A DNA stretch of 40,916 bases from a virus (lineage: Duplodnaviria; Caudoviricetes): positions 1-40,916 of IMG/VR virus record IMGVR_UViG_3300033150_003027, one strand, 5' to 3'. Within the stretch, counting starts at the first letter, position 1. Each line of letters opens with the position of its first letter. A program made the translations under genes and the position numbers. The notes under the pieces are model-generated. The model saw only the letters and a program-made list of their open reading frames with translations, made no database searches and was not told the origin of the DNA. Positions 35,469 to 40,916 of this stretch are shown piece after piece.

Positions 35469-35841
35469 TATTTTTGCCTCCTTCATCTGGAATCGGCAAT
35501 TTATTTAGTTCGTCGTTCGCCGCCAATGAGCAAATTCTTGCAGATCCTATTTCGCATGACAATTTCCAAGGGAAGATATCTGACGAATGTTTGCATAGCC
35601 GCTCGATTGGTAGGTATCGGAAAGCCGTTGGATGAACATATATCGCGATTTCACCGTCTGAACCAAGGTAATTCACCGAATACATTTCGACGGCTTTTTC
35701 CAACTCTTCCATGACGTATTGCAGCACATTTACCAGTGTTTCTAGCCTGCGAATCTTGTCGTTTTCAACGCTGTTTGATACACTGAACTTGGTGGGCTGC
35801 TCTTTCGAGAGCAGCATTTCTGTTTTTATGACTGCGTTCAC
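35449..35841 (-). CDS. Hypothetical protein (130 aa)
   Basis: GTG 35841 with SD GGAGGGG and GTGA overlap with the upstream stop. Confidence 0.65.
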   Translation of the reverse strand: MNAVIKTEMLLSKEQPTKFSVSNSVENDKIRRLETLVNVLQYVMEELEKAVEMYSVNYLGSDGEIAIYVHPTAFRYLPIERLCKHSSDIFPWKLSCEIGSARICSLAANDELNKLPIPDEGGKNNGSTSN

Positions 35842-36032
35842 GCTACCCCTCCTCCCTGAACCTGAGTGAGAATCCGCCTGATTTTGTCTTGCATTGCGGC
35901 TCGGTTGAGGCGGCGTTGGATCCGTGCAGCATCCCGGGCTACGGTCATTCCTTTGAACGCCGCTTTTAGGATTTCGCGGTGGGCGAATTCTTTGAATCCT
36001 CGTACTGTTCCGATGTAAACAATGCCTTTCAA
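35838..36032 (-). CDS. Small basic hypothetical protein (64 aa)
   Basis: Strong SD AAAGGAGG before TTG. Confidence 0.7.
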   Translation of the reverse strand: MKGIVYIGTVRGFKEFAHREILKAAFKGMTVARDAARIQRRLNRAAMQDKIRRILTQVQGGGVA

Positions 36033-36047
36033 TCAAATCTCCTCCTT

Positions 36048-36323
36048 TCAAATGGCTAGAAAGAAACCTTTAAGAATCATGAACAGAAAGGCTGTTATTA
36101 CAAGCGCCGCTAAGGGTCTGAGCCAGAGAAGCATTCGCTCGGCTCTTTTGACTGCGGCCATTTCGCGCAGAAGAATTTTGGTCGCATCTAGAACTCCCGA
36201 ATCGTCGTAGGCTTGGTCTAAAATCTTCAAAGCCCTATCCATGGTCCGGCGGACTCTTGGATGATTGGTTGCATCCCTCGTAGATTCTAAGACTGCCTTG
36301 ATTTCTGGCTTTGAAACGCTCAC
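36048..36323 (-). CDS. Hypothetical protein with C-terminal transmembrane helix
   Basis: LAALVITAFLFMILKGFFLAI; SD AAGGAG. Confidence 0.7.
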   Translation of the reverse strand: MSVSKPEIKAVLESTRDATNHPRVRRTMDRALKILDQAYDDSGVLDATKILLREMAAVKRAERMLLWLRPLAALVITAFLFMILKGFFLAI

Positions 36324-36329
36324 GCTACT

Positions 36330-36515
36330 TCACGCTCCTTTGCGCTCGACTTCTACGATCTGTCCATAGTAACCGTCTACAATGGGCCAACCGCCTTCTA
36401 ATACCGCCCGAATATATCGAGCGTGTGTCCGATTCAGCTTCTCCACGACTTTCTTGCCGGTTTTAGGATCCACATCACCCACCCGAATTTTTTCAATTGG
36501 GATGCGAATTTTCAT
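36330..36515 (-). CDS. Small hypothetical protein (61 aa)
   Basis: ATGA overlap with the upstream gene and SD AAGGAGG. Confidence 0.65.
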   Translation of the reverse strand: MKIRIPIEKIRVGDVDPKTGKKVVEKLNRTHARYIRAVLEGGWPIVDGYYGQIVEVERKGA

Positions 36516-37057
36516 GCTGCTTCCTCCTTTCTGACATAACCTTTAGCCCTGAGTTCGCTCAAATGATCCCGGTAAACCTGGGCCATCGAAATGCCGTAAG
36601 TCCTACAGAGGATGCCTACGCAGACTTGGCAAGCTGTTTGGGCCTCTACGACTTCATGTAAGGCTTGAAGCACCTGTTGCTTGCCTTCTGCGTTAAGGTC
36701 TGCGGCAGTTTTGGCATTTGCAAGGACTTTGGCTTTCATGAGGGCCTCAATGGCCTCAGACATTTCCTCAACTGTTTTGTCTCGCACAGAGGCTCTATGC
36801 AGATCGACTTTATCGCCGTTCAGCCACGGACTTGCTACCCCACCTGTAACTTGGGCCTGCAAAGCTGCGTAGAGTTCCGGATCATCCAACATGGTCGCAA
36901 CTTTTGGCGATACATCCTTGGGGAGCTTTCTACGTCCATTCTCGATTGCACTAATAGTTTTGTGGCTCAAGTAGCACATATCGCCAACAGCGCGCTGGTT
37001 GAGTCCTTTCGCCTCACGTGCCTTTTTAAGGGCTGTAGACACTCCCAATCTTTTCAC
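36512..37057 (-). CDS. XRE-family HTH transcriptional regulator (early operon)
   Basis: LKKAREAKGLNQ...ISAIENGRR; SD AAGGAGGTG. Confidence 0.88.
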   Translation of the reverse strand: MKRLGVSTALKKAREAKGLNQRAVGDMCYLSHKTISAIENGRRKLPKDVSPKVATMLDDPELYAALQAQVTGGVASPWLNGDKVDLHRASVRDKTVEEMSEAIEALMKAKVLANAKTAADLNAEGKQQVLQALHEVVEAQTACQVCVGILCRTYGISMAQVYRDHLSELRAKGYVRKEEAA

Positions 37058-37148
37058 CTCCTTTCTGGAGAAATCAGGGAATTTAGGTCTACAGTGTTTA
37101 GCGCTATTCTGTTATCAAGGACCAAAGTTCAAGTTTTCCGTTGTCGCT

Positions 37149-37376
37149 CTAACGTGCATTCCGTCTGATTAACCGAGTTGAAACAAGTCGTTGGTGGTGA
37201 TGCGATTTCGCCCATTTATCCAACTCGTCGCGGTGAAACCTGAGATACCGGCCTACGTGAAAGTGCGGTATCTCATCCCGCGCGGCGAGTTCGTAAAGGA
37301 GGTCTGCACCGACGCCGAGATATTGGGATGCTTGGGGTACGTTCATGATTGGTGAGTTTTCGCTGGGTTTAGGCAT
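37149..37376 (-). CDS. Excisionase-like HTH_17 protein
   Basis: MNVPQASQYLGV...LYEL...EIPHFHVGRYLRFHRDELDKW; SD AAGGAGGT. Confidence 0.85.
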   Translation of the reverse strand: MPKPSENSPIMNVPQASQYLGVGADLLYELAARDEIPHFHVGRYLRFHRDELDKWAKSHHHQRLVSTRLIRRNAR

Positions 37377-37623
37377 TGGCGGAGACCTCCTTTGCCTTTG
37401 CGTGACACCGATTAGCAACACTTAGGTCAAAAAAATATTCCAGAGGTTCTTCAGGAAATGCAGTCTTCAATGCTGCAATAAAGGCTGAACTTGGGGTCCG
37501 CTTTTGTCTTAGAATTCGGGAAACTGAGGTCCTAGATACACCCATTTTTCTCGCTAAATCTGCTTGTGTTAGGCCTTTAGTTTCCATCAGTTGTTTTAGT
37601 CGTTCTGGGTTAAATCGGTTCAT
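37369..37623 (-). CDS. Cro-like XRE regulator
   Basis: GLTQADLARKMGVSRTSVSRIL; first gene of the leftward early operon, divergent from cI. Confidence 0.88.
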   Translation of the reverse strand: MNRFNPERLKQLMETKGLTQADLARKMGVSRTSVSRILRQKRTPSSAFIAALKTAFPEEPLEYFFDLSVANRCHAKAKEVSANA

Positions 37624-37733
37624 GGTATCGCCTCCTGTTGCCTATCGGTGACACTTATATTATAGAGAAGGTGTTGCTACATGTCAACATTTTTTAAACG
37701 AAAATTTTTCGCGCTTGTTGCCATCTGGCAATC
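37403..37733. promoter_or_regulatory. Four 18-bp repressor operators, consensus TGTTGCY-N4-RGCAACA
   Basis: TGACACCGATTAGCAACA (37403), TGTTGCCTATCGGTGACA (37636), TGTTGCTACATGTCAACA (37672), TGTTGCCATCTGGCAATC (37716). Confidence 0.82.
37659..37687 (-). promoter_or_regulatory. Early lytic SigA promoter
   Basis: Perfect TTGACA-17 bp-TATAAT on the - strand; -35 lies inside the operator at 37672. Confidence 0.92.
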
Positions 37734-37747
37734 ATTCAAGATACACT
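37718..37747 (+). promoter_or_regulatory. Putative cI promoter
   Basis: TTGCCA-18 bp-TACACT; -35 lies inside the operator at 37716. Confidence 0.65.
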
Positions 37748-37783
37748 GATACTGTGCAAACTAATATCCAAGGGGTAGATAAC

Positions 37784-38233
37784 GTGAGTTTGAGCGAATT
37801 TATTCGTGCTGTCAGAAAACAGAGAGGGCTTAGTCAACGTCAATTATCATTATTGTCCGGTATCAGCAATAGTGAAATCTCCCGTATTGAGGCGGGCGAG
37901 CGAAAAAATCCTTCGCCTGATGTGTTAAAGGCCTTGTCCAAGCCCCTTGGAGTTGCTTATGAGGAACTAATGAAAGTAGCAGGATACCTGAATACAAATA
38001 ATCTGAAAGAAACCCAAAACGCACGCCCCCTCCCCTCCTGGGTCTACAAGCTCCCACCCGACATGCAAAAATTCGTCGAAGAGGAGAGCAAGCATGGCTG
38101 GCCGTACCTGAGGTTGGCTAGGGGATTGAAGATGAAGGATCTGTCGCCGGCGGAATTAGAGGCCATTGTGGAAACATGGATGGATGCTAAGAGAAGGTAT
38201 GAGAGGGAATTTGGAAAGAAACCTGAGACATAG
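37784..38233 (+). CDS. CI/ImmR-like XRE repressor without S24 autopeptidase domain
   Basis: RKQRGLSQRQLSLLSGISNSEISRIEAGERKNPS; GTG 37784 with SD AAGGGG. Confidence 0.9.
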   Translation: MSLSEFIRAVRKQRGLSQRQLSLLSGISNSEISRIEAGERKNPSPDVLKALSKPLGVAYEELMKVAGYLNTNNLKETQNARPLPSWVYKLPPDMQKFVEEESKHGWPYLRLARGLKMKDLSPAELEAIVETWMDAKRRYEREFGKKPET

Positions 38234-38239
38234 TATAAT
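38211..38239 (+). promoter_or_regulatory. Putative SigA promoter for the moron cassette
   Basis: TTGGAA-17 bp-TATAAT followed by SD AGGAGGT. Confidence 0.7.
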
Positions 38240-38260
38240 GAGGCCAGGAGGTTAAATGTA

Positions 38261-38416
38261 ATGATGAAAAAAGAACCTCGAACAAACTCCTGGTCTTTCC
38301 TTAAACTGATTACGAGAGAGCAAAGGACGGCGGAAATTGCTCGTAAGCAAATGGAAAGGAAGTTTAAAGAAACATGGAATCGATGGGGAACTGGGAGGAA
38401 GCTGAAACAAAAATAA
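38261..38416 (+). CDS. Unlisted small basic protein (51 aa, MMKKEPRTNSW...RKLKQK)
   Basis: SD AGGAGGT upstream, open frame 38261-38416, overlaps the start of the 268-aa gene. Confidence 0.65.
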   Translation: MMKKEPRTNSWSFLKLITREQRTAEIARKQMERKFKETWNRWGTGRKLKQK

Positions 38417-39180
38417 GACTCTTAGATTTTTTGTATCAAGATAAATCAAGAATTGCTTCGTTTTATGCACAATTATTCTCTGGCAATCTAATTGCAGTAA
38501 CTAAGTATCAAGAACAAACCAAGACAAAGGAAACAGGTCTCACAGGTAAAGCAGCTATACTAGAAGCTTTTAAGCAAACATGCGAATCAAACACCAATCA
38601 AATCATAGAGCAGATTGAACCTCACGATTATTCAAGTTTACTCCTGCTTTCTGAACTAGGAATCGAGCCATCTAACATTATTTGCAAAGAAATGCTTGGT
38701 AAAGTAGTTCTCTTAAAAGGCAGTCTTAAGATCAGGAATTACACAACGCTTAAGAAAATCTTGCCACGCGTACTACAAAGCGGTTTGCTTGACAACGAAA
38801 TTGCGGGGCTTCCCTTGGCAGAGCTTAAATCTTCAAAGAAACAAAAAGAATTTAAACGCTTTATTTCTGCTATGTTTGATATAGTTCCTTATGGTCTCGA
38901 GATGGAAATTATCAGCGGAGGGAACTCAGCATTCGGTCCAGTAAAACCCGAGTGTTTCACTCAATCTCCTGATGATATTCTCAGAACCTATGGAGAGGCT
39001 TTGGGTGATGGTTGGTTTGTCTTGGGAATACTTGACCAGCAATCTCAAATAACTAAAAGCGCACCTCAAGGATTACGTGGGGCAATAGACGATATCAGCA
39101 AAGCAATTAGAGCGGTTTATGCTCCACAAGTTGAATATATTATTACTCCAATTTTGATCTACCGGGAAGTTACGATTTAA
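38374..39180 (+). CDS. Accessory protein, 268 aa (DUF6414-like N-terminal motif)
   Basis: LDFLYQDKSRIASFYAQL, WFVLGILD, ITPILIYRE; AT-rich relative to flanks. Confidence 0.75.
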   Translation: MESMGNWEEAETKIRLLDFLYQDKSRIASFYAQLFSGNLIAVTKYQEQTKTKETGLTGKAAILEAFKQTCESNTNQIIEQIEPHDYSSLLLLSELGIEPSNIICKEMLGKVVLLKGSLKIRNYTTLKKILPRVLQSGLLDNEIAGLPLAELKSSKKQKEFKRFISAMFDIVPYGLEMEIISGGNSAFGPVKPECFTQSPDDILRTYGEALGDGWFVLGILDQQSQITKSAPQGLRGAIDDISKAIRAVYAPQVEYIITPILIYREVTI

Positions 39181-39250
39181 GTCTGTGCCAATACATTAAT
39201 TTACCTGCTGCAACGCTTTAAACTCCCTGCTTTGTCTGCATAGACCAGAT

Positions 39251-39298
39251 TTGATCATTTGCAGCATTCTTGTTAGTATGTATTCGAACGCATGTTCG
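39251..39298 (+). promoter_or_regulatory. SigA promoter with LexA (Cheo) box
   Basis: TTGATC-17 bp-TAGTAT with TG extension; CGAACGCATGTTCG (39285-39298) matches CGAACRNRYGTTCG. Confidence 0.88.
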
Positions 39299-39311
39299 GA
39301 GGTTTCTTGCT

Positions 39312-39740
39312 ATGGGCACGATAATTGCCAATCTCAAAATAAAATCCTACCCTATAGACGTATTCACTTTGGCCAGAAACCAGGGTATCGAGATCAGAAA
39401 GAAACCGCTACCTGACAAAATATCGGGTATTCTACACAAATTCCCCGGTCGGTCCTACCTCTACTTGAACACAAATCACTGCATCGAACGCCAACGCTTC
39501 ACTGTCGCTCATGAACTCGTTCATCATTTCCTAGATCCAGCCGGTACATATCTCGCCCGTGACGGCATTTGGACTCTCCGCGAGCGCCGTGCCAACCGCT
39601 GCGCCGCAGAAATCCTCATGCCGGAAGCGGAGGTTTTGAGGTGCCTGGAGCGAAATATGTCTACCGGAGACATGCTCCGGCATTTTGGGGTGTCAGAACA
39701 GGCGATGAGGCTGAGGTTAGATGAAGTAAAGTGTGATTAG
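39312..39740 (+). CDS. immA: ImmA/IrrE-family metallopeptidase (anti-repressor)
   Basis: RQRFTVAHELVH, ERRANRCAAEILMP, FGVS..AM..RL; ATG 39312 with SD GGAGG. Confidence 0.92.
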   Translation: MGTIIANLKIKSYPIDVFTLARNQGIEIRKKPLPDKISGILHKFPGRSYLYLNTNHCIERQRFTVAHELVHHFLDPAGTYLARDGIWTLRERRANRCAAEILMPEAEVLRCLERNMSTGDMLRHFGVSEQAMRLRLDEVKCD

Positions 39741-39773
39741 AATGGCAGACTAAAAACGGAAAGGAGGGATAAT

Positions 39774-40916
39774 TTGAGAGGACATCTTGAGAAACGGTAT
39801 AAAAGCTCCTGGACCATCGTCATTGACTTGGGCCGGGATCCAGCCACTGGCAAACAGAAGAGGATCTACCGGTCGGTTAAATGTAACAAGAAACAGGCGG
39901 AGCAAGAGATGCAGAGATTGATGGCTGAATTGCAGCAAGGTATTTATGTTTCGCCACAGAAGATCACTTTGGCCGAGTATTTACGGCAGTGGTTAGAGGT
40001 ATCTTGTGTCCCAAGACTCGCGGACAAAACAGTTCAAGGATACAGGACAAATATCGAAAAACACATCATCCCAAACATTGGCCAGTTGCTCTTGTCCAAA
40101 GTTCAGCCGCTGCACCTCCAAACGTTATATACAAAACTACTCGAGTCTGGGCTAAAAGCAAGAACAGTAGAACTAGTTCATGTTACTCTTCATGCAGCTT
40201 TAAAGCAAGCCGTTAAATGGCAGATGGTCCCAAAGAATGTTGCAGATGCTGTTGAACCACCCAAACTTCAACGTCACGAATTTAGAGTCTTAACTCCGGA
40301 AGAAGCAGAAACCCTTCTACGAGAAGCCTCCAATTCCCCAATAGAAAACCTGATTCTCATGGCTCTGCATACAGGGCTCCGTCGCGGAGAACTACTTGCC
40401 CTAAAATGGGACGATATAGACTTCGCCAGGGGCGTGGTACGTGTCGAGAGGGCCTTAGTCAAGGTTAAGGGGAAGGTGGTCTTCAAGCCTCCTAAAACCC
40501 AACGTAGCAGGCGGACTGTGCCCCTCGATGACGAGGTTCTGGCCATGCTCAAGAATCTACGGCAGAGGAATCCTCACGATTTAGTTTTCTGTCGTCAGGA
40601 CGGTTCACCTCTGGACCCGTCGACCGTAAGCCACCAGTTTGCTCGGGTAGCCAAGAGAGCAGGTTTCCCCGGGTTGCGTTTCCACGACCAGCGTCACACC
40701 TATGCCACGATCGCTCTTACTGAAGGTGTGCCTATGAAGGTGGTTCAAGAACTCCTTGGACACCAGGCGCTAAGTACTACCGCCGACATCTACACCCACG
40801 TTACTGACCGTTTGAGAGAAGAAGCCACCAAGACTATCAGCCAAGCTTTCAAGAGAGCAAAAGAATTAAATGAGCGACGATTTAGCGACGGTTGCCATCT
40901 GAGTCTGGTTAAGTAG
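39774..40916 (+). CDS. int: Tyrosine integrase
   Basis: Arm-binding N-terminus, TGLRRGELL, PKT, FHDQRHTYA, LLGH, DIYTHV catalytic residues. Confidence 0.97.
   Translation: MRGHLEKRYKSSWTIVIDLGRDPATGKQKRIYRSVKCNKKQAEQEMQRLMAELQQGIYVSPQKITLAEYLRQWLEVSCVPRLADKTVQGYRTNIEKHIIPNIGQLLLSKVQPLHLQTLYTKLLESGLKARTVELVHVTLHAALKQAVKWQMVPKNVADAVEPPKLQRHEFRVLTPEEAETLLREASNSPIENLILMALHTGLRRGELLALKWDDIDFARGVVRVERALVKVKGKVVFKPPKTQRSRRTVPLDDEVLAMLKNLRQRNPHDLVFCRQDGSPLDPSTVSHQFARVAKRAGFPGLRFHDQRHTYATIALTEGVPMKVVQELLGHQALSTTADIYTHVTDRLREEATKTISQAFKRAKELNERRFSDGCHLSLVK

Larger units (their letters stand above)
1..40916. mobile_element. Temperate siphovirus-like prophage (lysis - tail - head - packaging - replication - lysogeny - integrase); att sites not visible
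   Basis: Complete canonical gene order from integrase to endolysin; no tail sheath gene; tape measure and major tail genes present. Confidence 0.97.

Noticed and set aside
35842-36051. N-terminal 70 codons of the 200-aa ORF 35449-36051
   Set aside because: Overlaps the 64-aa gene with a strong SD in another frame; GTG 35841 is the better start
37081-37115. Possible PRE-like antisense promoter (TATTCT at 37105)
   Set aside because: Only a weak -10 with no convincing -35 or repeat; too speculative
1-40916. CRISPR array, DGR (reverse transcriptase, TR/VR), intron, intein, IS element, att direct repeats
   Set aside because: No repeat-spacer array, RT motif, transposase or intein termini seen; no long direct repeat shared by the two window ends was detected by eye

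Overview
The window is a near-complete temperate siphovirus-type prophage of a Bacillota (Firmicutes) host, judged from SigA promoters, a Gram-positive LexA box and strong SD sites. The lysogeny module is on the + strand at the right end: CI-like repressor, a two-gene moron, a LexA-boxed ImmA metallopeptidase and a tyrosine integrase. A long - strand arm runs leftwards. It carries cro/xis and then a recombination/replication block: SSB-like gene, a Rad50/SbcC split into three genes, Mre11/SbcD, RecD2, a frameshifted TOPRIM primase/D5 helicase with an iteron-like origin, and VRR-NUC. Next come a RinA/ArpU-type late activator, terS/terL, portal, a MuF protein with a JAB-like C-terminal extension, head, neck and tail genes, holin and amidase endolysin. 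No att pair, tRNA, rRNA or CRISPR array was found. Most notable observations: (1) an antisense TPR-like moron whose N-terminus copies a 28-aa segment of the phage's own MuF protein; (2) the MuF-JAB cargo with a small Cys-rich partner; (3) an attenuator-like RNA element with a DUF2292-like small protein upstream of the late activator; (4) the tripartite Rad50 module; (5) a WapA/RHS-type N-terminal module grafted onto a tail protein. All family assignments come from motif recognition by eye, not from database searches.
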